64,000 bases of DNA from an uncultured Candidatus Saccharibacteria bacterium. GTDB taxonomy: Bacteria; Patescibacteriota; Minisyncoccia; UBA6257; UBA9933. Positions within the stretch are counted from its first letter, which is position 1. Every line of letters starts with the position of its first letter. Where the stretch lies: NCBI GenBank assembly GCA_964453135.1, contig CAYVOL010000001.1, positions 24,895 to 88,894 on the forward strand, read 5' to 3'. Made by a program: the position numbers and the translations under genes. This document shows, in pieces, positions 27,587-37,435 of the stretch. Under the pieces are notes generated by a model. It had not been told where the DNA came from. It saw only the letters and a list, made by a program, of their open reading frames with translations, and ran no database searches.

Positions 27587-29005
27587 CTAAGCGTTTAAGG
27601 TATTTATATCCTGCTGGAATTCGTTGGCTTTCGTGACGGCTTTTTCTCCGTAGCTCCACAGATAATTTCTCCAGCGGGCGCCGGCGTAATATTTAGCCGC
27701 GGCAATTCTCTCGGCGTTAAACGAGCCCGCATCCGCTCCGGCATTTTTCAGAAAAAGAGCGGTGGCCAAAAAAGCATCGATATTTTTCCAAGGGGACGGA
27801 GGATTGTCGCCGGTAAAAGAAGCTATTTGGTCGCTGTATTTTGTCCAGGTGGAAGGAAGAAACTGCGCCGGACCCATTGCGCCGCCGTAAGCGCCGTCGC
27901 GAGAAATGGGACAAGAAACCATGGTCGTGTCCGGATTCAAATCAAGCGCTTTGGTGATTGCCAAAAAAATGGGAATGTCGCGCGTCGGATGCATGGCGTC
28001 TTTATAATTACATTTCCCCACATTTTTCCCCATAGCGGACTCGCGGTCCAACACCGCCAAAACCAGGGCGGCGCGCACGCCGGTTTTTGATTCGGCGAAC
28101 TTGGCAAATTTATACGCGTCTTCAAATTTCAGTTCTCCGCCGCCGATAAGTTCAAAAATCCTGCTTCTTATTTGTGCAGCAGTTTTTTGTGTTTCCGCCA
28201 GAATTTTTTTATACTCCGATTCTTTCCCTTTGGTAACTGTCAGCAGATTATTTTTTTCTTCTTTTGTTTTTTGGATAGAATTTTTTTGCTCTTCCTGGTA
28301 GCTTTTCAAAACCAGGGCGTCGTTTTTTTTCAAAGCCAGCTGTTCTTTCTGGTCCATCAATTCGCCGCGCAAACTGTTTAATTCCTGGACCGCCGCCCCT
28401 AATCTTTCCTGAGTGCTGTTAAGATGGCTTATTTCGTTAAAAGCGTCGGAGATTTTATTATTGGCCAAAATAACCGTGGCGATGTTCTCATTGTTTTTCT
28501 GATACATTTCCTGAAGAAGGAGAGAAATTATTTTTTTCTTGACGGTCATCTTGTCCTCAGTAGAGGTAATTTGGGATTGGGTCTGAACAAGGTCTTTATC
28601 CAGTTTTCGCAAGGTTAAGGTGACGGCTTTTATCTGCAGGCTTAATTTGGCAATTTTGTCGTTTAATTTTTTAATTTCCGACTGCAGGCTGTTGCCTTGT
28701 TTTTTGTATTCTCCGATTTTCTTTTCGTATTCATTCATCTGGCTTTCTAGCTGAGCCAGTTGAGCTTCCAGGGCTTTTCTTTCTTCGGAATTATTGGCTG
28801 ATTGAGCAGCCATAACTCCTCCGCTCGTGGGGGCCAGCACAGAATTAAGCACGAAAGAAGCAATAAAGAACAAAACAAAAAAAACGCTTAAGATGTTTTT
28901 AAGCGGCACTCGGATTACTTTTTGATAATTAAGATTTATCTGGCGAGGGTGATTATAATAGGAACTTCCTTCTTTTTTGATATCCCGAAGAATTTTTTGT
29001 CTCAT
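27587..29005 (-). CDS. Coiled-coil lytic murein transglycosylase (CwlO/PcsB-like N-terminus plus SLT-type domain)
   Basis: TM/signal, long coiled coil, [20 protein letters not shown]. Confidence 0.88.
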   Translation of the reverse strand: MRQKILRDIKKEGSSYYNHPRQINLNYQKVIRVPLKNILSVFFVLFFIASFVLNSVLAPTSGGVMAAQSANNSEERKALEAQLAQLESQMNEYEKKIGEYKKQGNSLQSEIKKLNDKIAKLSLQIKAVTLTLRKLDKDLVQTQSQITSTEDKMTVKKKIISLLLQEMYQKNNENIATVILANNKISDAFNEISHLNSTQERLGAAVQELNSLRGELMDQKEQLALKKNDALVLKSYQEEQKNSIQKTKEEKNNLLTVTKGKESEYKKILAETQKTAAQIRSRIFELIGGGELKFEDAYKFAKFAESKTGVRAALVLAVLDRESAMGKNVGKCNYKDAMHPTRDIPIFLAITKALDLNPDTTMVSCPISRDGAYGGAMGPAQFLPSTWTKYSDQIASFTGDNPPSPWKNIDAFLATALFLKNAGADAGSFNAERIAAAKYYAGARWRNYLWSYGEKAVTKANEFQQDINTLNA

Positions 29006-29043
29006 AACGAAAGCTCATAACAAAAACTGGGACAATTAAACAA

Positions 29044-29688
29044 TTACTCGCTGGATTCCTTGCCCTTCTCTTTCTTTTTCTCTTCTCCTTCCACCTTGAC
29101 GTCTTCTACGCTCGCCGCCGCCGGAGCCGCTTCTTCTTTGGTTTGTTCAATAATAGTAGCAACCGCCGTATCGGGGTCAAGAAAGATTTTAACTGCTTTA
29201 GGAATAGCGAGGTCTTTAATGTAAACGCTATTGTGAAGCTCGGCCAATTTTTCCAAATTCACCTTTATGGCGCCGGGCAGATCAGCCGGCAAAGATTCCA
29301 CTTCAATTTCTTTCTTCAGTTTGACCAAAACGCCGCCTTGCTTTACCGCCGGAGATTCTCCGGTAAATTCCAAAGGAACTTTAGTTCTGATTTTTTCGTC
29401 CATTCTCACCGCGTAAAAATCAACGTGCCGCAATTCCCCGGTTAGCGAATCAAGCTGGACGTCGTAAATAAGCGCCGGAAATTTCTGGTTTTCCAGCACT
29501 AAATTTATCACCGTATTCTCGCCCGCTTCCTTGAAAACCTTTTTAAAATCCTTAGCCGCGATGCTCAAATGGCTGTTTTCTATATTGTGGCCGTAAAGTT
29601 CTGCCGGCGCCAGCCCGTCTTTCTTTAATGCTTTAACCGCTTTCCCGAAAATATCTCTTTTTTGAACTGTTAATTCCATAGCGGCCAT
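29044..29688 (-). CDS. rplY: 50S ribosomal protein L25 (CTC form)
   Basis: PAELYG, HVDFY, VPLEFTGESPAVKQGGVL. Confidence 0.95.
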   Translation of the reverse strand: MAAMELTVQKRDIFGKAVKALKKDGLAPAELYGHNIENSHLSIAAKDFKKVFKEAGENTVINLVLENQKFPALIYDVQLDSLTGELRHVDFYAVRMDEKIRTKVPLEFTGESPAVKQGGVLVKLKKEIEVESLPADLPGAIKVNLEKLAELHNSVYIKDLAIPKAVKIFLDPDTAVATIIEQTKEEAAPAAASVEDVKVEGEEKKKEKGKESSE

Positions 29689-30557
29689 TATACCATTCTA
29701 TTGAATAATTTCAAGCGCCGCGAAACAACTTCTTTAATTTCTTCGACGGCCTTGGGCAAAATTTTATACGGCGCCACTTCTTCAGGATTTTCTTTCAGAG
29801 CCGCTTCTATCCCTTTGCGCCAAGCCAAACGAAGCTCCGTGTTGATATGGACAATAGACGCTCCGGCTTCAATGGCTTTGATAAAATTCTCGTCGTCTGT
29901 TCCCGAGCCGCCGTGAAGAACCAATGGGATGCCGGCCGCTTTTCTAATTTCCCCTACTCTTCCCGCGTTTAAGGTGGACTTGGGCGCGCCGACAACCATG
30001 CCATGGAAATTGCCGACCGCCGGCGCCAGCAAATCAACGCCAGTTTCTTTTACGAATTCCGCCGCTTCTTCTGGCTTGGTCAAATCTTCCGGTTTAATAG
30101 CCGCGCCCCGAGGGATTTCTTTCAAAATCGCGGAGCTTGATCCAATATAACCCAATTCCCCTTCCACCAGAATTTCCGGATTAACGCTTTTGGCGCATTC
30201 CACCACTTCTCTGGTTTTTCTGATATTTTCTTCAAGCGGCAATTTTCCTCCGTCAAAAAGCACCGCGTCAAAGCCGGCCTCAACCGCTTCTTTTATTTTT
30301 TCCAAAGAATGCGTATGGTCGGCGTTGATAAAAATCGGCCAGTTAAATTCTTCGCGCAAACTTTTTACCATCAAAGCCGCGCGCCGCGTTCCCATAAATT
30401 CCCGCTCTCCTTCGGACAAACCGATAATAACCGGCAAATTTAAATCCTGCGCCGCCGCAAAAATTCCTTTTAGAGCCGCGAGCTCGGAGATGTTAAAATG
30501 ACCGACAGCGGTTTTTTTCGTTTCGGCATTATGAATGGCTTCCAAAAGTGAGGTCAT
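29688..30557 (-). CDS. fba: Class II fructose-bisphosphate aldolase
   Basis: NADH, VEGELGYIG, AVGNFHG, LVLHGGSG, INTE. Confidence 0.93.
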   Translation of the reverse strand: MTSLLEAIHNAETKKTAVGHFNISELAALKGIFAAAQDLNLPVIIGLSEGEREFMGTRRAALMVKSLREEFNWPIFINADHTHSLEKIKEAVEAGFDAVLFDGGKLPLEENIRKTREVVECAKSVNPEILVEGELGYIGSSSAILKEIPRGAAIKPEDLTKPEEAAEFVKETGVDLLAPAVGNFHGMVVGAPKSTLNAGRVGEIRKAAGIPLVLHGGSGTDDENFIKAIEAGASIVHINTELRLAWRKGIEAALKENPEEVAPYKILPKAVEEIKEVVSRRLKLFNRMV

Positions 30558-30691
30558 AAAATTAAAACTTTTTTATAATCCCGCGCCGACCAAAAATACG
30601 GCGAGATATTTTTTATTATATCAGAAAATCCTCATGGCGATAATCGCTAACTTATATTTCTTGCGGATAATTTATGGCCGGATTTCGCGCT

Positions 30692-31711
30692 TTACGAGTG
30701 CCTGATAACCATCACATCCCCGTCTTGGACAATATAGTCTTTCCCTTCGGTGCGCAACCAGCCTTTTCTTTTCGCTTCGTTCCACGAACCGGCTTCCAGC
30801 AATTTCTGCCAGTCAATTGTTTCCGCGCGGATGAATTTTTTTTCAAAATCGCTGTGAATGACTCCGGCGGCTTCCGGCGCTTTTGCTCCGTCTTTGATAG
30901 TCCACGCGCGGGTTTCATCTTCTCCGGTAGTGAGAAAACTGATAAGCCCTAGGATTTTATACGTTTCGGCGATAAGCTCGTTTAAGTTGTCGGCGCGCGA
31001 CAAATCGCAAATGACATAGTCCGCGCCAAGCGATTTGATTTTCGCTTTTAAGTCTTCGTTCACATCATCAACGCCGCCGTTTAACAAATAGATTTTTTCT
31101 TTGGCGGTTAAAAGGTTTATCTCTCCCAAAAGCTCTTGCTGGCTTTGACTTGAAGAAAAGCCGCGCAGAAAATCGGAAGCCGGCCTGCCGCTATCAACTA
31201 TTTCTTTCAATTTTTTCATCAAAGCTAAATCTTCTATTTTCTTTTTATCGCCGGAGCGCGCTTCTCCTTCCAATTTTCCGATTTTTTTATCAATTGTTTC
31301 CAAATCTTTCAAAGCCAACTCGGCGCCGATAATTTCAATATCTCTTATCGGATCAACTTTTTCTTCCACATGGACTATTTCCGGCGAAGGAAAAATCCTC
31401 ACCACTTCAACGATGGCGCTCACGTCCCTGATGTGCGACAAAAACTGATTGCCCAATCCCTCGCCCTTGTAAGCGCCTTTAACCAGACCGGCGATATCGT
31501 AAAATTCCACAATAGCGGGAATTGTTTTTTTTGACGCGCTCATCTTTGCCAATTTTGCCAGACGTTCGTCGGGCACAGGCACCACGCCCACATTGGGGTC
31601 TATGGTGGCAAAAGGGTAATTGGCCACATACACCTCCTGTTTGGTTAAAATTTTAAATAAAGAAGACTTGCCCACATTGGGAAGTCCCACGATGCCGATG
31701 GATAATTTCAT
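30692..31711 (-). CDS. ychF: Redox-regulated ATPase YchF
   Basis: GIVGLPNVGKS, ANYPFATIDPN, DIAGLVKGA, EGKDYIVQDGDV. Confidence 0.96.
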   Translation of the reverse strand: MKLSIGIVGLPNVGKSSLFKILTKQEVYVANYPFATIDPNVGVVPVPDERLAKLAKMSASKKTIPAIVEFYDIAGLVKGAYKGEGLGNQFLSHIRDVSAIVEVVRIFPSPEIVHVEEKVDPIRDIEIIGAELALKDLETIDKKIGKLEGEARSGDKKKIEDLALMKKLKEIVDSGRPASDFLRGFSSSQSQQELLGEINLLTAKEKIYLLNGGVDDVNEDLKAKIKSLGADYVICDLSRADNLNELIAETYKILGLISFLTTGEDETRAWTIKDGAKAPEAAGVIHSDFEKKFIRAETIDWQKLLEAGSWNEAKRKGWLRTEGKDYIVQDGDVMVIRHS

Positions 31712-31795
31712 AATTTTTACTCTAACATTATTTTTTCTAAAAACAAAAAGTCTCGCATTGTAAGCGAGAGCTTTTGTTTCTTCCGCCTTTGCAGG

Positions 31796-32776
31796 TTAAC
31801 GTTTCATTAGTTTTTTGAGTTCTTCAATCAGCGACACTTTCTCGCTTTCCGCTTTATAAATTTTAGCCGTGTGATAAGCAGTCCAATCAGCTAAAAGCAG
31901 AGAATTAAAAATCTTGCGGAAAGTTGGTGGACCGCTTAAAGGAATAATTTCCACCGGCAGTCCGCGCTTGCGATAAAGCCGGGCAGTGAGAGCCATTCGC
32001 TTCCTAATCTGCGGGCGGTCATCTTTATCGCTTAAAAAAACAAAGTGAAAATTATTGGAAACATTAGAGGTATTGCGCGCAGCGCCTGTTGTGCCAAAGC
32101 CGGCCATTTCGTTGTGATTGAGTTCGGGGAAATTATTGGCAAAAGCCGGAGTTTTTCCCGTTTCGTTAAACTTGATTTTCCAGTTATAGGCAATGGCCGC
32201 ATTATTCAGCGACGAATAAATAACCGGTGCGCGCCCGAACATTTTTTTAGCCAGCAATTTTCCTTTTTTCTCCGCGGCAAAAACATCAAGCGCGCTCTCC
32301 AATTCGCGCAATTCTTTCTCCAAAGAACGCAGGTTCATCAGAGCAGTCAAGCCGAGCGTCGCGTAGCCCAAAGCCATGCGCGGCTGAATGTCGGTAGCCG
32401 GCAATTGAATATAGGGGATGCGATATTTTTTCGCCAATACCAGCAATTTTCCTCCGGTGGCAATAGCGGCGAGAGAAAGCCGCCTCTTCCGCGCTTCTTG
32501 AAAACCGTCAACGGTTTCTTCGGTATTGCCCGAGTAAGAGCTGGCGATAACAAGACTCTCTCGCAAAACTCCGGAGGGAATTTTCGGAAGCCCATAATTT
32601 CTATGGGAATGAATGTCCAAAAAGGGATCGCGCATTTTCAATAATTCCGGCGCTAAATTGGAGCCCCCCATGCCAAGGACGATAAATTTCTTGCGATCGG
32701 CCAATTTATTTTTATTGATAATCACCGGCCGATATTTGAATTGCTGGGGGAAATTTTTTATTGCTTCTTTCATCAT
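31796..32776 (-). CDS. Bifunctional phosphoglucose/phosphomannose isomerase (SIS)
   Basis: GMGGS, SYSGNTEET, QPRMALG, NETGK, FPELNHNE. Confidence 0.92.
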   Translation of the reverse strand: MMKEAIKNFPQQFKYRPVIINKNKLADRKKFIVLGMGGSNLAPELLKMRDPFLDIHSHRNYGLPKIPSGVLRESLVIASSYSGNTEETVDGFQEARKRRLSLAAIATGGKLLVLAKKYRIPYIQLPATDIQPRMALGYATLGLTALMNLRSLEKELRELESALDVFAAEKKGKLLAKKMFGRAPVIYSSLNNAAIAYNWKIKFNETGKTPAFANNFPELNHNEMAGFGTTGAARNTSNVSNNFHFVFLSDKDDRPQIRKRMALTARLYRKRGLPVEIIPLSGPPTFRKIFNSLLLADWTAYHTAKIYKAESEKVSLIEELKKLMKR

Positions 32777-32826
32777 GATTAAAAAATTGTTTCGCCAAAA
32801 ATTTTAAAAGTTTTTGCTGAAAATTC

Positions 32827-34293
32827 TTACTGAGTTTTTTTGTATTGCCCGCTGTCAACCGGCATTTCTATGGGTTCTTCGGAAACAATAGGGATAGTGA
32901 AATAAAATATCGCGCCTTTGTTTTCCTCCGAAGAAAACCATACCTTCCCTCCCAAAGTCTCCACCAGTCTTTTTACCAAAGACAGCCCCAAACCGTTGCC
33001 GTCGGGAATTTTTGACACGGCATTGGCAGCGCGGAAAAATTTTTCAAACACCCGGCCTTTCTGATTTTTGGGGATGCCAATGCCGTCATCCTTAATGGAA
33101 TAGATAAATTCTTTTTCCGCGCGTCCGATTTTTATTTTTATGCTTCCGTTTTCATTGGTATAGCGAATGGCGTTGGAAAGCAAATTGCCTATCACCTGGC
33201 TCAAGAGAGCGTCGTCAACGACTATTTCAAACATCCCGGCTTCTTTAGGGTCAATTTCAATATCCAGATGAAGTTTTTTCTCCCGCAACAAAGGATTGAG
33301 TTCCTTAACTAAATTTTCGGTAAGATGGAAAATGTTTGCCCTTGAAGAATGAACTTTTATCTGCCCTCCTTCAAGGCGCGCCATGTTGAGCAGAAAATTG
33401 ATTATGTCATTTAACCGCAAAGCGCTATTGTGGATTTGTTCCAAGAAACTTTTTTGTTCCGCGCTAAAAACGCCTGCTTCGTCTCCTTGCAAGATTTCCG
33501 AATACCAGCGAATGGCGGTTAAGGGGGTGCGCAGTTGATGGGAAGCGGTGGAAATAAAACCGGCCCTCGCTTCTTCCAGAGATTTTTCCCTGCTGACATC
33601 GGCAAAAACCATCACTGCTCCGGTAATGCCGTTTCCTTTTAAGGGAGAAACTGTGAGCCGGATGGGAAATTTCCGTCCGCTGACAAAAACTTGATAATAA
33701 AAATTATCTTCAATTTCAATGCTAACGACATCTCCTTTTTCAAGAGTCTTAACCACCGGCCTTTCCTTCAAAGGAACCGCTTTGTCTCCCTGTAAAACGT
33801 CAAACATCTCCAGTATTTCTTTCCCCAGAGCTTCTTTCTGGGAAATTCCCAAAAGCTCTTCCGCTTTTCTGTTGATCAGAATGATTTGGTAATTTTTATC
33901 AACCACTAAAACGCCCTCTCCGATAGAAGCGGACACGGCCCGGGCCCGGTCGCGCTCCTCTTTAAGATTTTTTTCGTATTCGGCGGCGTCTTCAAGAATA
34001 TTGATAATCGCTTTTTCCGCCTGGCCTGAAAGCTCGTTATGTTTTTCCAGTTGGTCATTTAAAAATTTGATTTTCTTGATGTCGCGCGCGTTATTTACTA
34101 ATTCATAAAGCAGGTCTCTGTTTTGCTCATTTAAGAAATCCTTGGCGAAATTTGCCAGACGCAATAAAACTATTTCTTTTCTTAAAGTCCGCGGGGAGAC
34201 GCCGAAATTTTTTTTAATCCCGGGCAACAACGACGATAGTTCAGATATCTCTTCTTGAAAAGATTGTTCTTTTGTTGAAATATTATTCTGCAT
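32827..34293 (-). CDS. Soluble PAS-domain sensor histidine kinase
   Basis: No TM; PAS SIGEGVLVVD..N..AEELLG; H-box ASHQLRTPL; NLLSNAIRY; DDGIGI; GNGLGL. Confidence 0.93.
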   Translation of the reverse strand: MQNNISTKEQSFQEEISELSSLLPGIKKNFGVSPRTLRKEIVLLRLANFAKDFLNEQNRDLLYELVNNARDIKKIKFLNDQLEKHNELSGQAEKAIINILEDAAEYEKNLKEERDRARAVSASIGEGVLVVDKNYQIILINRKAEELLGISQKEALGKEILEMFDVLQGDKAVPLKERPVVKTLEKGDVVSIEIEDNFYYQVFVSGRKFPIRLTVSPLKGNGITGAVMVFADVSREKSLEEARAGFISTASHQLRTPLTAIRWYSEILQGDEAGVFSAEQKSFLEQIHNSALRLNDIINFLLNMARLEGGQIKVHSSRANIFHLTENLVKELNPLLREKKLHLDIEIDPKEAGMFEIVVDDALLSQVIGNLLSNAIRYTNENGSIKIKIGRAEKEFIYSIKDDGIGIPKNQKGRVFEKFFRAANAVSKIPDGNGLGLSLVKRLVETLGGKVWFSSEENKGAIFYFTIPIVSEEPIEMPVDSGQYKKTQ

Positions 34294-34377
34294 ACTGGCT
34301 TAATTTCACATAGAAATTAACGGGATAAATTCAAATATCAAACCTCAAAACGCAATTTGAATTTCGGGCTTGTTTTG

Positions 34378-35118
34378 TTATTCCATATATTTTCCGTATT
34401 CAAATTTTCCCAAAGCCTCAATCATCTGCGGGACAAGTTTTTGGGGAATAACAGAGCCGTGCTGAGGGCAGATATTTCCAATTTCTAATTTTTTAATCCG
34501 GCTGAGATAATTCTGCATAATTTCCGAAGAAGGCATATAATTCTCGTGGAATCCTTTCATTTTTTCTTCGTATCGGGCGTCGGCGTAAATTTCCCATTTA
34601 GGAGTGAAAGCGCCGAAAATATCCGAAGAAAAAAGAGTTTTTGTTTTTTCGTCGTAAGTATTGATAGTGCCAGGGGTATGTAAATAATGCGCGGGCAGGA
34701 ATTTCAATATCCGGCCGGAAGAGAATTTGAAAATATTGTCGTTTTCTTCGGGATGATAAAAATTCATTTTTTCCCGGGAATAATAGGAAATAAGAAGCGA
34801 GGCGCGCCAATGAGCGATAATCTGAAGGCTTTCTTGGTTAATAATGTCCTGAAATAATGGCACGGAAGCGCAAAGATCCGGGTCCATATGATGCAGGATT
34901 ATCCCTTTAATCATTTTCGGCTCAACAATGCTGAAAACTTTTCTCGCCACGTAAGGAAAATGGCCCAAAGAACCGCAATCCACCAGAACCGCTTCGTCAT
35001 TGTCAACAATCAGATACGGATTGCAGGAGAAAATCGCCGCCTTATCGTAGAAGCCGGCCCAAAAAATTCCCGGCGCCACCTCAACTGCTTCGTCGTAATT
35101 ATAAGATTTTAAAAGCAT
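34378..35118 (-). CDS. Metallo-beta-lactamase-fold di-iron protein (ODP/FprA N-domain-like, no flavodoxin domain)
   Basis: CNPYLI, HHMDPDLC, AHYLHTPG, LFSSDIFG, FHENYMPS, ICPQHGS. Confidence 0.82.
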   Translation of the reverse strand: MLLKSYNYDEAVEVAPGIFWAGFYDKAAIFSCNPYLIVDNDEAVLVDCGSLGHFPYVARKVFSIVEPKMIKGIILHHMDPDLCASVPLFQDIINQESLQIIAHWRASLLISYYSREKMNFYHPEENDNIFKFSSGRILKFLPAHYLHTPGTINTYDEKTKTLFSSDIFGAFTPKWEIYADARYEEKMKGFHENYMPSSEIMQNYLSRIKKLEIGNICPQHGSVIPQKLVPQMIEALGKFEYGKYME

Positions 35119-35176
35119 AAGTTAATTTGTAAGATTTCATAGCGTTGTTTACGCTTTTCATCATTGTTTTTTTATG

Positions 35177-35321
35177 GTCATCCTGAGTCCCGCTTAGCGG
35201 GACGAAAGATCTCGTTCCGAAGCAACAGACTTTCCGCTTGAACCAAAGAGATTCTTCGCTTCGCTCAGAATGACATGAAGGATTCTTTGTCCCCCGCCGT
35301 GGCGGGGGACAAAGAATGACA
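35177..35321. repeat. REP-like doublet plus extra half inside the sensing cluster
   Basis: gtcatcctgagtcccgcttagcgggacgaaagatctc ... gagattcttcgcttcgctcagaatgaca; second half ends agaatgaca at 35321. Confidence 0.9.
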
Positions 35322-35343
35322 GGGGGGGGGGATAAAACGAGAT

Positions 35344-35763
35344 CTAAATCTGCCAGTACAAATAAACGCCTTCCTCTTCCGCGTCAATCCGCAATATCAG
35401 ATTAGAAATCATATCGTTTAACTCCATGCGGAAACCGGGAAAATCTTTTTGAATTGCTTCTGCCTGCGCGTATTTGGCTATAAAAACTCCTACTTTCCCG
35501 CCGATCGCTTTCATTTCATCTATAAAAACCTGGATACTCGTTAAATCCATATTATTCTTTCTCATTTTTTCCAGAAGCTGGGGGTAAAAAATATTGTTTT
35601 CCAGATTAATGTGTTCTCTCAGGTGGCTCTGAAATTCTTCTATGACTCTTATTATGGAATCAATATCCGGCGATTTGCTCTCGGATTCTTTTTTCAAAGA
35701 AGACATATCTTTTCTTAATTGATTGTGCTGCGCTATTAAAATATCTACTATGTTGTTTACCAT
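35344..35763 (-). CDS. Hemerythrin-like (HHE) domain protein
   Basis: QHNQLR, HLREHINLENNIFYP, RIDAEEEGVY. Confidence 0.8.
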   Translation of the reverse strand: MVNNIVDILIAQHNQLRKDMSSLKKESESKSPDIDSIIRVIEEFQSHLREHINLENNIFYPQLLEKMRKNNMDLTSIQVFIDEMKAIGGKVGVFIAKYAQAEAIQKDFPGFRMELNDMISNLILRIDAEEEGVYLYWQI

Positions 35764-35805
35764 ATTGTTTCTTTTTAATTTTAATCGTGAAAATTGAAAA
35801 TGGTT

Positions 35806-37206
35806 TTAGACGCTTTCTTTCTTAAAAATCATTTTCTCCAGCTCCTCAATCCGCTTCTTTAATTCTACCATTTTTAATTCGCGGCCGACAGCCATAGTCT
35901 TGAATTTTTCCAGGTCGTTTACCCTGTCCTGCAAGCTTTGCGTGCGCAGGTCAACTTCCCATTCCAGCCGGTCTTTTATTTCTTCGTTCTCTTTGGTTCT
36001 CTCTTCCAGAGAATTTGCCAGTATTTTATTGGATTCCTGCAGTAATTTCTTCGCCTGCCTCACTTGTTGCTGAGAATCCGCCAAAGCGTCCACCGCCGTG
36101 TTGACGGTTTGCGCCAGCTCTCCAATTTCGTCTTGAGCGTCGCTTTTCACTCTGACACTCAAATCGCCCGACGAAATTTTGCGCGCGAAAGAAAGAACTT
36201 TATTTAAGTTTCTTAAAAGAAATTTACTAAAGGCGAAAATCAGCAAAACTCCGAAGATTTCGATAAAAATCAGCATTAGCCACATCCGTTTCTCGGCTTG
36301 GTTCAAATAGGAAAAAATTTCGCTGTTTTGAATTTCAGTAACCAAAACGAGATTGTAGTCTTTGAGACACCGGGAAAATCCCAAAACAGATTTCCCCAGA
36401 TAATCTTTATATTCCTGCTGGCCGATATCCGGTTTGTTTTCCAAACAAGCGCGGACCAGCGCGTTATCCATTTTTTGGGATAAAACTGTTTGCTGGTAAG
36501 TGCGCGATAGAGCGATAATAAATTTTTGGCTGTTGACTAAATAGGTTTTGATGGTCTGGTAAGAATTGGTTGTTTTGTTGTTCAATAAATCTGTTATTTC
36601 CCGGTCCTTGGAGAAATGCAGGAATAAAGAAGCGTCAAGCGGCGTTAGAGTTTCTTTGGCGGAAAAAATCCGGGAAACGGCGTAAACCAAAGGGGTGGCC
36701 GCTGTTTCCGTTCCCGCTATTGTTCCAAAACCGGCGGAGGCCTCGCCGAACTTTTCGGGCAATTTGTCCGGCTTGTCATTCTCTGCGCCGCCTATCCTTC
36801 CGCTGTCGCTGGAAGCAATGATGCTGCCGTTTTTATCAACAATATCCGTTATCGCCACGGACGGGTCAAGAGGCATTTTTTTATCTTTCAAATAGCCGCC
36901 AAGAGTCTGCACCAGCTGATTGCGGACATTGGCATCTGAAGAATTAAGAATAGCTTCGGTTGTATTTCTGATGTAGCCGTCAGACGACCAGTCGGCGGTT
37001 CTTGTTTTAACATTATCCAAAATAGCGTAAAGAGCGTCTTTCTTGCCGTCTATAATTATAGAAAAATACTGAACAACCTGAGTTTGAATCGCCTGGCGCA
37101 AATCATTCAGAAAATAAAGATTCAAAAAAAATCCCAAGACGACAACGACCGCGCTGAAAACAAGAACAATTTTTATACCCAGACTTTTTTTTATTTTATC
37201 GAACAT
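35806..37206 (-). CDS. Membrane receptor: TM, Cache-like domain, TM, HAMP, coiled coil; no output domain
   Basis: Two TM; HAMP ARKISSGDLSVRV...DEIGELAQTVN; ends AVGRELKMVELKKRIEELEK. Confidence 0.82.
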   Translation of the reverse strand: MFDKIKKSLGIKIVLVFSAVVVVLGFFLNLYFLNDLRQAIQTQVVQYFSIIIDGKKDALYAILDNVKTRTADWSSDGYIRNTTEAILNSSDANVRNQLVQTLGGYLKDKKMPLDPSVAITDIVDKNGSIIASSDSGRIGGAENDKPDKLPEKFGEASAGFGTIAGTETAATPLVYAVSRIFSAKETLTPLDASLFLHFSKDREITDLLNNKTTNSYQTIKTYLVNSQKFIIALSRTYQQTVLSQKMDNALVRACLENKPDIGQQEYKDYLGKSVLGFSRCLKDYNLVLVTEIQNSEIFSYLNQAEKRMWLMLIFIEIFGVLLIFAFSKFLLRNLNKVLSFARKISSGDLSVRVKSDAQDEIGELAQTVNTAVDALADSQQQVRQAKKLLQESNKILANSLEERTKENEEIKDRLEWEVDLRTQSLQDRVNDLEKFKTMAVGRELKMVELKKRIEELEKMIFKKESV

Positions 37207-37349
37207 AAACTTTAGGTCAGGCGCGGAATTTAAACGATTTTTTTACTTTACTCTAATTTTATAATCTGTAGAAATTTTTACAATGGCTGACGGAGAAAGT
37301 TATCCCCATATCGCAGGCCTGCGACTCTCGGTTAGTTTGTTAAGTTTGT

Positions 37350-37397
37350 TATGAGAAACAAAAATCTCCGTCAAAACGGAGATTTTTGTTTCTCATA
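37350..37397 (-). terminator. 22-bp perfect hairpin after rpsI
   Basis: tatgagaaacaaaaatctccgt-caaa-acggagatttttgtttctcata. Confidence 0.75.
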
Positions 37398-37435
37398 CTT
37401 TTTTATGCTTTTTGATACTTTTCGATACTTGCCGC

